From: a virus
Direction: 5' to 3' (one strand)
IMG/VR virus record: IMGVR_UViG_3300031918_000005
Span: 103,486 to 167,485 of that record
Length of the DNA stretch: 64,000 nucleotides
The notes under the pieces were generated by a model that saw only the letters and a list, made by a program, of their open reading frames with translations, was not told the origin of the DNA and ran no database searches. This document shows, one piece after another, positions 49,151 to 58,479 of this stretch; positions within the stretch are counted from its first letter, which is position 1, and every line of letters starts with the position of its first letter. The translations under genes and the position numbers were made by a program.

Positions 49151-50410
49151 ATGTCCGAATATAAAAGTCCTTATACTGGCGAACAAACTGATGCTTTATT
49201 ACATGCATCGAATTTTAATTTATATAAAGCACTTAATGCAAGTGGCACAAATTTAGATGTTGCTGGTAATAATAATACAGCTTCTCCAACCAATGATCCA
49301 TCTCCTGGAAGATTTCTTGGTACATTTGATGAATTTAAAAATGAATTTGTAAAGCTTCTCAATAGAACTTATATGAAGGATTATTTCATCACAGATTCTA
49401 TAACCAAGGATGTTACGTTAAATTTAGTTGAAATTTTTAGACAATTTTCCATAAGAAAATCATCCGCTGGTCTTAGTTTTGACCAGAATGGTGTCGAATA
49501 TCTAACAATTAGTGATTCAGGTATCACAATTAAAAAGAATGATACTATTTCTGAATCAGATATAACACATGTGGCTATATTCAATACCGCTGGTCTTATT
49601 GGTAAACTTGCTAAATCATGGTTTGCATCACAATTAGAGCTTAATGAAGTTAGAGCTACTGCACAAGGTGCTACAGTAGCTTATGTTTTTGATAATATAT
49701 CAATACTTGATTCTTGGATTGCAGGAACTGGTGGATTGCCATCAAACAATCCAACAGCTATACCAGCAGATTTGCAAATAGGCAACAATCTTTACACTTT
49801 ACATGAAGAAGAACAAGATTATTGGTGGGATGGTAATCAAAAACAGCCTCTTGGTGATAATATTATAATATCAAATTATATACAGAAATCCAACGTAATT
49901 AACAATTTAACTTCTGATAATATTGATTTACCTTTGTCAGCAAATCAAGGTAAAATACTTGATGAAAAAGATGGTTATTCTACAATTATATTTTCTAAAA
50001 CTCTTAATAATACTGTAACATCGATATCAGGAACTATTAAAGGATTTACATCGGCTCTTATATATGATGATGGTGTAGGTAATCAATGGTATGGTGTAAA
50101 ACCAAATAATAATGGTTATATAGATATATTCTTTTATCAAAATGGTGGTGTATTACCTTCAACTACAAATGTAAGTATTTTGAGAATGTCAATAATGAAA
50201 GTAATTGCAACAAGCTTAAATTATTGGAACGATAAGGATATTGTTGTTGATTTTGTTGAGTCTACTAATGTGGTCAATTCAGAAGCTTTAACTCCTAAAA
50301 ATTCAATAAGAATTCCAGTTGATAGTAATTATTTTTATTTTTATGATTGTGCTGCTGATCTGCCAATTATATATAATATGACTGTTTCGATACATTTTCA
50401 AGCTTTGTAA
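49151..50410 (+). CDS. tail fibre-like protein
   Basis: VINNLTSDNIDLPLSANQGKILD phage tail-repeat motif. Confidence 0.55.
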   Translation: MSEYKSPYTGEQTDALLHASNFNLYKALNASGTNLDVAGNNNTASPTNDPSPGRFLGTFDEFKNEFVKLLNRTYMKDYFITDSITKDVTLNLVEIFRQFSIRKSSAGLSFDQNGVEYLTISDSGITIKKNDTISESDITHVAIFNTAGLIGKLAKSWFASQLELNEVRATAQGATVAYVFDNISILDSWIAGTGGLPSNNPTAIPADLQIGNNLYTLHEEEQDYWWDGNQKQPLGDNIIISNYIQKSNVINNLTSDNIDLPLSANQGKILDEKDGYSTIIFSKTLNNTVTSISGTIKGFTSALIYDDGVGNQWYGVKPNNNGYIDIFFYQNGGVLPSTTNVSILRMSIMKVIATSLNYWNDKDIVVDFVESTNVVNSEALTPKNSIRIPVDSNYFYFYDCAADLPIIYNMTVSIHFQAL

Positions 50411-50411
50411 T

Positions 50412-51767
50412 TTATTCAGCGAAATCTCTTTTATTACAATCTATATTCATTGTGATAATATTTCCTTCTGAAAAAATATATCTGATTTTTGTGGAAATAT
50501 AAAATCCACTAACAAATTTATCAATAACAATATCTTTCTTTAAGGTATCATTATATTTTGTATCATTGTTTTCATCTTCGGGTCTATCATGTAGAAATTT
50601 ATCAACATCTCTATTTTGTATTATTATCGGTATTTGCATAAAACATCTTATGGCTGGATTTATAGCTGTTAATGTTACCGATATTTTGTAATTTGATAAA
50701 CTTGTTATGTTCATTTCATTCAATCCTTTTGCAGCGAAATAATTTTTATGAACATTAACATTGTTTTGTTCCCCAAAATGTATAGTTTTTGTTATTTTGT
50801 CGGAAAGTTCATTTGTTTTATGAGGAGTTTTGTTACCTTCTGTAACTAATGGTTGTATATAAAATTCCTTGAATTCCTCATCGGTTTTTTCATACATTTG
50901 TAAATATAGCTTACTACCAAGACCATTAATAACAGAACCTATATTATTTTTATTCGAATAATCAACTATGAAATTTGCTCTTCCTAAATCATCAATATTA
51001 TGAAGAAAAAAATCTTTTAATTCGCCTTCATCTTCCTGGCCATTCTGAACATCAGCAATGGCCATTTCTTTTATTTCCGTTATCTTCATAAGCTCACCAT
51101 CCGTAACAACCATCTTATTAATTTCCACAAAATTTAGGTAATAATGTTGGTCTATAAACACCTTAAAAAATGAGTTATCATCTTTATAGATTGATGGTAA
51201 TATATCATATTGTATGAAATCTAAGAATGACATTGAAGGACAAACATGGCACATTGAATCATTTGTATACGTTTCGTTTGCTGCATAACCAAGTTTTAAT
51301 TCTTTTGCAACTTTTTTTAGTGTATCAAAACTTGTTAATTTACCAAAACTAATAACCTTTTCATTAAAAAGTTCGGGTAAATTAAGTACAGCAGTTATAT
51401 AAACATAAGTATCTTCTTTTGAAAAAGATGTAATCTTATAATCTTGTCTTATAGGTTTGAATTCCTTATTTTTACTTCTTACAAATAATTTAACAATTGA
51501 ATCTGTTACACCAGCTTGATTTGAAAGTATTCTTTCTTCATCATCTATTGTTAAATTTAATTTAGGTAAAAAATCACCAACTTCTATCGATGAATATTTT
51601 ATGGAATTATGGTCAAAATACTTACCATTTATTTCAACTATTGGAGCGTACAACCCGATAGCCATATTTGGATTTGATTCATCATAACCTTTTTTCTCTT
51701 CTGTATTCGGTACTGAAAGCTCTGAAAGCTCTATTTCGGGATTGAAAATTACTACTATATCTATCAT
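50412..51767 (-). CDS. baseplate hub protein (gp27-like)
   Basis: TSFDTLKKVAKELKLG; C-terminal SGFYISTKIRYIF...CNKR. Confidence 0.55.
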   Translation of the reverse strand: MIDIVVIFNPEIELSELSVPNTEEKKGYDESNPNMAIGLYAPIVEINGKYFDHNSIKYSSIEVGDFLPKLNLTIDDEERILSNQAGVTDSIVKLFVRSKNKEFKPIRQDYKITSFSKEDTYVYITAVLNLPELFNEKVISFGKLTSFDTLKKVAKELKLGYAANETYTNDSMCHVCPSMSFLDFIQYDILPSIYKDDNSFFKVFIDQHYYLNFVEINKMVVTDGELMKITEIKEMAIADVQNGQEDEGELKDFFLHNIDDLGRANFIVDYSNKNNIGSVINGLGSKLYLQMYEKTDEEFKEFYIQPLVTEGNKTPHKTNELSDKITKTIHFGEQNNVNVHKNYFAAKGLNEMNITSLSNYKISVTLTAINPAIRCFMQIPIIIQNRDVDKFLHDRPEDENNDTKYNDTLKKDIVIDKFVSGFYISTKIRYIFSEGNIITMNIDCNKRDFAE

Positions 51768-51840
51768 AATCGGATTGTGATTTTATTTATTTATATACTG
51801 GATTTTGTTTTGATTTAAATAAATAAAACAAAATTTGATT

Positions 51841-52854
51841 ATGGAAATGATTGAACTTATAAAGGAAAAAATCAAAGAATCTCAATCTTTTGATTTGTTA
51901 CACCAACTCGACTTAAAAATTAAAGATATCAATACTAGTGATAAAGATGTAATACTGCTTGAAGTAATATCTGAAATGTTGGAAGATAATGAAGGTGAAA
52001 AAGGTTCTGTTCTTATTGATAAATTACCAAATTTTTCCGAATATCAACTTGGATTATTGAATGACACCATAAGTTCATGTTGTACTACCAATTTCCAAAC
52101 AAAAGATGAATTAACAAATTTTTTGTTTAACTTCTTTAATACTCAAGAATTACTACATTTCAATATTGATGATTTAACAGATGAAAATATTTATGATTTA
52201 AATAAAATATTTTCAGATTATCAAGAGTCTATTGGTTCTGAAATAACAACCGAAACATTGGCTTTCAATCCAGACCTTGTTGCTCAAATAAGATTTGATG
52301 TTGTTAAATATCTTCAGGACATAAAAAAATTTGATAATAATTTTATTGATAATGTTGAATCTGCAAAGTACACTCGTGATGTTTTCGATGATGAAGATAT
52401 TATACTAGAAGGTGTATCGGGCGATGATAAAATGAAGAAAATAGAAGAAATGGATGATCAATCTATTATTTTTCTTTATGCTTTGTTTAGTGGTGATTAT
52501 ACCAAATCCTATTCTTATTCAATGCGTTCAGAACTTGCTGATGAAGTTATGAAGCACCCCGATGGTAAAATATCACAATATCTTTCTCCAATAACACCTC
52601 AACAACAACAAGAACTTTTTAACAACAACAATACTGAAAAAGTTGATGTTGACCAGTTTTGGAAATCAATGAAAGATAAATATGGAACCCAAATCAATGA
52701 AAATCTTCTTTCATTATATGTGAAATTGTTCCCAATTAATGAATGTAAGAGATTATTGATTTCACTTTCCAATATAAATGTAATAAAAGGTATCAATGAA
52801 AACTATTATATGGTTTCAGGAAAATCTCTTAATAATATAAAACTATTAAAATAA
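51841..52854 (+). CDS. acidic hypothetical protein, probable head-associated
   Basis: TAAATA leader; three INE motifs at the C-terminus. Confidence 0.45.
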   Translation: MEMIELIKEKIKESQSFDLLHQLDLKIKDINTSDKDVILLEVISEMLEDNEGEKGSVLIDKLPNFSEYQLGLLNDTISSCCTTNFQTKDELTNFLFNFFNTQELLHFNIDDLTDENIYDLNKIFSDYQESIGSEITTETLAFNPDLVAQIRFDVVKYLQDIKKFDNNFIDNVESAKYTRDVFDDEDIILEGVSGDDKMKKIEEMDDQSIIFLYALFSGDYTKSYSYSMRSELADEVMKHPDGKISQYLSPITPQQQQELFNNNNTEKVDVDQFWKSMKDKYGTQINENLLSLYVKLFPINECKRLLISLSNINVIKGINENYYMVSGKSLNNIKLLK

Positions 52855-52860
52855 TACACA

Positions 52861-55800
52861 ATGATTACTAAAGTAAAAAAACTTGTAAGTGATAACAAAA
52901 ATAATAGAGTTAATAAAAACTTTAGGAATTTTGTTAATGAAAACCAAATCTTATTGAATTCAACCGATTCCAAAGCTATTAATGAAAAATTAAATTCATT
53001 TTTAGCAGATAACTCTATTTTACATGTTGATTTTAAGCCAGTAAAAAGAAAAATGCTGGTTACTGAATCATCAAAAATAATTAGTTCATTAAATAGGTTA
53101 AGACTTACAAATAGAAAAATCTATAATGAAGTCAAAAAGGTATTTGAAAGTAAAAAGAATAACAGATATATTGTTAAGTTAATCAATGAATCATATTCTA
53201 TTCTTTTCCATAAATATGGTCACCTTTCAAGAGCCATAAATGAAAATGCTGGTTTGGACTTAACAACTGGTACTTTCAATATTAGTTCTATTCAAGAACT
53301 TAAAGATAATTTCTCACCAAATTTTGTTAAAGCATTTAGTGCTGATTTTGATAATGTTGCACTTAATGAATTGTTTACACATGAAGGTGAACTTGATTTA
53401 ACAATTTCCAAAGACCCAAATACTATGTCGGGATATACAGCAAGTGTTGTATTAAATGCTCCTGATGTCAATGATATTGACCAACAATTGGAAATAAGCT
53501 GGAATACTGTAGCTAAACAATTTTTTGAAAAAGAAATCGTTGAAGAAGTTTCTGAAGCTTGGTATATAAATGAAGCTCTTCAATTTGAGGATTCTGATAT
53601 TCAGAAAAAAGCTAAAGAACTTATGAAGCCTGAAGATATAGACCACCATGCAAGTGATTTATATTTGAAGGTAAATGACATTTCTAAAAAATTGGTTGAT
53701 GAATATGAATATAAATCGGTTGTTACTCAATTCAAGAGTAAAACCGATGGTGGCCAATGGTATGAAATACCATTTGCATATAATGAACATCCAGTAAATG
53801 AAGCCGAAAAAACCATATCAGTTGAAAAACTTATGGATATGGCTGACAGAGCTGGTGAATATTGTATTGATGCTAAAGAAGCATTAAAAGAATTAGGTTC
53901 TGCTTATGGTTCTGCTCAAATTCCACTTGATGCAATTGAAGAAAGACTTTATGAATATGATATGGAACTTTCTGATGTTACAGATGAAGTGTTTGAAAAA
54001 ATCAATGAAGATGCTACAGAGCCTGAAATTATTACACAATTGAAGAAAATTGTTTCAGACCAACAATATGCAGACTTGAAAGATTCTGTAACTGGAAGTA
54101 CTGTAAGAGTTGATATGGGTTCAGCATCATCGATGTTACAAATATATGATAATATAAATGATATCCAAAAAGCAGATTTTATTTCTAAAGGTTTGGTTGG
54201 TATGCAAGACCTTGCTAACAAGATATATGGTAAAATGAATGAAAGTGTTGATTTCAAAAAATCTATCAATGAAAGCTATGAAGATTATGACGATGAAAGC
54301 GATGAAAATCTTGCCCATCAAATTTACAATATTTTAAAAAATGAAAATAAAGAAATAACACAATCAAATATCCAAGATGTGATTAGAGATGTTGATAATA
54401 GCGGTTATTCTATATGGGTTGATGAATTACAAGAAGATAGTGGTAAGCTTATTAAAATAGAAAATATCATACTTAATGGTGTTGTTAATGAACAATTGGA
54501 TGAAGAACAATTGGACGCTATTGCTGATTCTACTGGTGTTCTTGATGCCAAGCTTGATACTTGGGATGGTAAAGGTGAACTTAAATTTATAGCTCCAACA
54601 CTTATTAAACCTGAATCTGAAAAATCATTTATAAAAACAGCAGGAAGCATTATTGAAAAGAAATTTGGAAGACCATATCAAGTTGAAATAAATAACAACG
54701 AAATAAAGATTACTAGCTTTGATAATATCAATGAAAATGCTGGTGAATTTGAATTTGAATATACACCAATTGATAATGATATAGTTTTGAAATTACAAGC
54801 TGGTAATGGTGATAATTTCAATACTGTTTCAATAGCTGTTGATTTATTGGCTGTTTATAATACTCAATCAGAACATATTGGTACTTTGAAGCATAATATT
54901 GATGGAGCATTCAGTCTTATGACAGATTTATCAATTGATGAATTTAAAAAAAATATCGGTCTATCACCAGTGAATGAAGATTGGAATAAAGATGATGGAA
55001 GTCCCGAATATATAGCAAAAGTTCAAGCCGAATATGATATCCTTGTTGAAAAATATAACAACGGTGAAAATGTTTTGAAACAATTGAATGATGCTGAAAG
55101 ATTTTTGGGATTACCTGAAACTAATAAAAAACCAATTAATGAAAGTATTGATGATGATGTAGAATTTGTTAATAAAGCAATGAAAGAAAGACAAGTTAAT
55201 AATGGTACAGGTAGTTTAGAATTTTTATCTGAATTAATCAATGCTATTAAGACTAAAGATAATGGTACTATAGAAATGATAATTCCTGAAAAATTTGGAA
55301 GTATGGATGTAGAAGCAGCAGTTAATATCTTAAATAAAAACAACTTTACGGCATCAGCTAATGAATTAAAATCATTATATCCTGAAACTGTTAATGAAGA
55401 TGATAGTTCTGATGAAATTACAATGAATAACCTTGATTGGGGTAAAACCACAGAAGAAAGAAATAAAAATCTTGATATATTTAATTCTTTAAAAACTGAA
55501 GAAGAAAAACAAGATTTCATTAAAAAATTAAAAGGTGTTAACAATTCTGTTAATGAAGCTGGTGAAGATTTTATCAATGAATATGTTAACAAAGATGACA
55601 AATTTAAGTACATGTTGCTTAGCCGTATGCAGTCTGATTGTGAATATTACTTAGGTAATGGTGGTCGTGCTGATAAGCATTTGTTTATGGGTAATGTACC
55701 TGACCAAATTACATTGATGAATGCTTTATGGGATTCATTCACTGAAAAACCTGAATGGTTATCAAAAGAACAAATTGATGAATATGCTGAAAAAATGGGT

Positions 55801-56217
55801 TCAAAAGTAAATGAAAGCGATGATTCCGAAGGCTACAATAAGTTTATTGAAAATTATCCTTCTAAACCAGTTGGTGGTTCTGATAGAGTTAGCTTTGATG
55901 TTGATTATAAAAATCTATCTAATGAAGATAAAAAGAAAGCTAATGAATTTTATAAATCAGGTGGAGCTGTTAATGAAGATGAACAACTTGATAATTTTTA
56001 TAAAGTTGTTGAAATTATAAAAAACTATGGTTATCAACTTCCTCAAGAATTATTTGATGAATATTTAACTACTGAAAATGTTAAATCATTTATTGACCAA
56101 TATAAAGTTGTTGAAGCTGATTCTGATGTAGATAATTTTACTGAAATGATTGAAGCATTTGTTGTTAAGCAAGTTGAAGCGATCTTTCCAAAAGATGTGA
56201 TACTTCAATACATTTAA
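52861..56217 (+). CDS. large acidic modular protein with repeated [IV]NE linkers and an LPD11-like domain
   Basis: about 17 [IV]NE motifs; YMLLSRMQSDCEYYLGNG...KPEWLSKEQIDEY resembles LPD11. Confidence 0.65.
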   Translation: MITKVKKLVSDNKNNRVNKNFRNFVNENQILLNSTDSKAINEKLNSFLADNSILHVDFKPVKRKMLVTESSKIISSLNRLRLTNRKIYNEVKKVFESKKNNRYIVKLINESYSILFHKYGHLSRAINENAGLDLTTGTFNISSIQELKDNFSPNFVKAFSADFDNVALNELFTHEGELDLTISKDPNTMSGYTASVVLNAPDVNDIDQQLEISWNTVAKQFFEKEIVEEVSEAWYINEALQFEDSDIQKKAKELMKPEDIDHHASDLYLKVNDISKKLVDEYEYKSVVTQFKSKTDGGQWYEIPFAYNEHPVNEAEKTISVEKLMDMADRAGEYCIDAKEALKELGSAYGSAQIPLDAIEERLYEYDMELSDVTDEVFEKINEDATEPEIITQLKKIVSDQQYADLKDSVTGSTVRVDMGSASSMLQIYDNINDIQKADFISKGLVGMQDLANKIYGKMNESVDFKKSINESYEDYDDESDENLAHQIYNILKNENKEITQSNIQDVIRDVDNSGYSIWVDELQEDSGKLIKIENIILNGVVNEQLDEEQLDAIADSTGVLDAKLDTWDGKGELKFIAPTLIKPESEKSFIKTAGSIIEKKFGRPYQVEINNNEIKITSFDNINENAGEFEFEYTPIDNDIVLKLQAGNGDNFNTVSIAVDLLAVYNTQSEHIGTLKHNIDGAFSLMTDLSIDEFKKNIGLSPVNEDWNKDDGSPEYIAKVQAEYDILVEKYNNGENVLKQLNDAERFLGLPETNKKPINESIDDDVEFVNKAMKERQVNNGTGSLEFLSELINAIKTKDNGTIEMIIPEKFGSMDVEAAVNILNKNNFTASANELKSLYPETVNEDDSSDEITMNNLDWGKTTEERNKNLDIFNSLKTEEEKQDFIKKLKGVNNSVNEAGEDFINEYVNKDDKFKYMLLSRMQSDCEYYLGNGGRADKHLFMGNVPDQITLMNALWDSFTEKPEWLSKEQIDEYAEKMGSKVNESDDSEGYNKFIENYPSKPVGGSDRVSFDVDYKNLSNEDKKKANEFYKSGGAVNEDEQLDNFYKVVEIIKNYGYQLPQELFDEYLTTENVKSFIDQYKVVEADSDVDNFTEMIEAFVVKQVEAIFPKDVILQYI

Positions 56218-56239
56218 AATATTATTTTCTTCTCCAATT

Positions 56240-56274
56240 AACAGCCAAATTGTCGTTATGATGATTTGGCTGTT
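56240..56274 (+). terminator. intrinsic terminator
   Basis: aacagccaaat...atttggctgtt stem followed by Ts. Confidence 0.7.
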
Positions 56275-56302
56275 TTGTTATTATAAAAACATAAAAATAA
56301 TT

Positions 56303-58399
56303 ATGATAACAATAGGTGATAAAATTTTCAAAAACTTTATTGAATTAAAATCGGAATTGGAAAGATTTAATAACTTATATAGAATTGGTCTGCCTGAAAT
56401 TTCTGACAAAGAATTTAATATCCTATACCAAAAATACGTTGAATTGACTGGTCAACATATCTATTCTCTTGATGGTAAAGTTGAATATATCAAGCTTAAT
56501 GGCGATAAAGTTAAAAACCTGTTGCCGATGACTGGTATTAACAAAATTACCACTATTGATGAATTCATCAAATGGATCACAAAATATGGATTATTTAATA
56601 AAAAACTTATTATCACACCTAAATATGATGGGGTGTCGTGTGTTCTTAATAATATTGAAGAAGATACACTTGAAGAAGGTCATAGAATTGTTACTATTAA
56701 AGGAAAAGAAAACGAAGCTTACCCTATAAATCATCACTTCTCACATATCAATAAAAATATTGGTTCTCATTCACCACTTTTTGACAATTATTTTCATGTT
56801 GGTGAACTTATAATGTCTAATGAAACATTTGATTTAAAATATTCTCACATATACAAAAATGTGAGAAATATGGTTGCAGGAAAACTCAACCCACTTTCGG
56901 AATCATCTGAAGAATTGAGAGATATCAATTTTATTAGATACAACATATATGATAAATCTTTAACAGAACTCAATAAAATTGATATCTTAAATTATCTTAA
57001 CACACATTATAATAATCAGTTCAAAGTTCCATATGTTGAATTAACTATATTTAACACTGATACTGATAAACAATTATTAGAAGATCATTTTTATAATCTT
57101 TATAAGCAATGGTCTAGAGATTTTGCTATTGATGGAATAATTATTGATGTTAATGTTTCTGATATACGCAAAGAACTTGGATTTGATACAAAAGGAAATC
57201 CAAAATTTACAGTTGCTTATAAAAATGAAGACACATTTGGTGATAGAGCTGCTGTTAAAATTAGGTCATTACAATTTCCTATTGATAAAGATGGTTATTT
57301 CAATCCTTGCATTACCACCGATTTGGCAAATCTTGATGGTGCTGAATGTGGTAAAAATATTTATATCGATACTATTGATTTTATGCGTAAAAACAAAATA
57401 TCGGTTGGTGCTGATATTATTATTAAAAGAGGCGGTCAAATTATACCAAGGGTTTATAAGGTTAGCACCAACTTTGAACACAAGGATGAAGTTTTTGAAT
57501 CTTATCAATCAATGATTGATGCTGATATATTGCCTAGCAAGTGCCCTTATTGTGAAACACCAATCATGTATGATGAAAAAGAGGTGATGATGAAATGTAA
57601 CTACGATGAATGTCCTGAAATATTTCAAAAACAAATAGAATTCTTTTTTACACAAATAAAAGCCAAAGGTATTGGTGAAAAACTTATCAGACAATTCCAA
57701 TCAGAACTTTATAAATATAATAAATACCATCTTGATTTTATTTCAATTATACTTCAAACTTCAGAAGCTGATTTCAGAAAATTTGAAAGTTTTGGTGAAA
57801 GAAAAGCCGAAATTGTTTATTCCTCAATACATAAATCTTTAAATAATGCTTCTTTACCATTATTAATGTCCGCAACCAATTTATTTTCAGGTCTTGCTGA
57901 AACTAAAATTAGTTGGGTTCTTGATAATTTTGGTATAACATTTAATAACATTGAAAAATTGAGAGAACTCACTTTGGATGGTATCAAGAATGTTAAAGGG
58001 TATTCCGATATAACAGCTTCTGTGTTTCATTGTGGAATTACTGGATTTGGTTTATGGTATGAAAGCATCAAAGAACTGCTTGAATGCAAGGAAGACATAT
58101 CTTCTGCAGTCGGGGATATATCGGAAGAATTGGTTGGTCAAAAATTCTGCTTTACTGGATTTAGAAATACCGAACTTGAAAATAAAATAATTCAAAAAGG
58201 CGGTAAAATCAAGAATTCTTTCTCACTTGATATAACCACACTGGTTGTGAAAGATAAATCAATATCAACAACAAAGGTTCAAAAAGCTGAAAAAGCTGGG
58301 ATTACAATAATTGATGAACAAGAATTAAAAAAATCGCTTTTCATACATGAAGATACACAAATAATATTTTCAGAAGAATCTAATAAAGCATTATTTTGA
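56303..58399 (+). CDS. ligA: NAD-dependent DNA ligase
   Basis: KYDG, RNMVAG, DGIII, CPYC...C...C zinc finger, HhH, C-terminal BRCT (FCFTG...GG...KAEKAGITII). Confidence 0.93.
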   Translation: MITIGDKIFKNFIELKSELERFNNLYRIGLPEISDKEFNILYQKYVELTGQHIYSLDGKVEYIKLNGDKVKNLLPMTGINKITTIDEFIKWITKYGLFNKKLIITPKYDGVSCVLNNIEEDTLEEGHRIVTIKGKENEAYPINHHFSHINKNIGSHSPLFDNYFHVGELIMSNETFDLKYSHIYKNVRNMVAGKLNPLSESSEELRDINFIRYNIYDKSLTELNKIDILNYLNTHYNNQFKVPYVELTIFNTDTDKQLLEDHFYNLYKQWSRDFAIDGIIIDVNVSDIRKELGFDTKGNPKFTVAYKNEDTFGDRAAVKIRSLQFPIDKDGYFNPCITTDLANLDGAECGKNIYIDTIDFMRKNKISVGADIIIKRGGQIIPRVYKVSTNFEHKDEVFESYQSMIDADILPSKCPYCETPIMYDEKEVMMKCNYDECPEIFQKQIEFFFTQIKAKGIGEKLIRQFQSELYKYNKYHLDFISIILQTSEADFRKFESFGERKAEIVYSSIHKSLNNASLPLLMSATNLFSGLAETKISWVLDNFGITFNNIEKLRELTLDGIKNVKGYSDITASVFHCGITGFGLWYESIKELLECKEDISSAVGDISEELVGQKFCFTGFRNTELENKIIQKGGKIKNSFSLDITTLVVKDKSISTTKVQKAEKAGITIIDEQELKKSLFIHEDTQIIFSEESNKALF

Positions 58400-58416
58400 A
58401 ATGATGATTTGAAATG

Positions 58417-58460
58417 AGTTTTTAGGCACACATAACTTAAAAAATGTGTGCCTAAAAACT
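58417..58460. terminator. hairpin/terminator after the ligase gene
   Basis: 17-bp stem agtttttaggcacacat/atgtgtgcctaaaaact. Confidence 0.75.
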
Positions 58461-58479
58461 TTTAAATAAACAAAAAAAC

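Noticed and set aside
53452-55613. Antisense ORFs in the track (e.g. 55023-55613, 7695-8117, 42829-43242)
   Set aside because: They are shadows of long sense genes; the Ser/Leu/Phe-rich composition is expected from the reverse complement of Glu/Lys/Asp codons.
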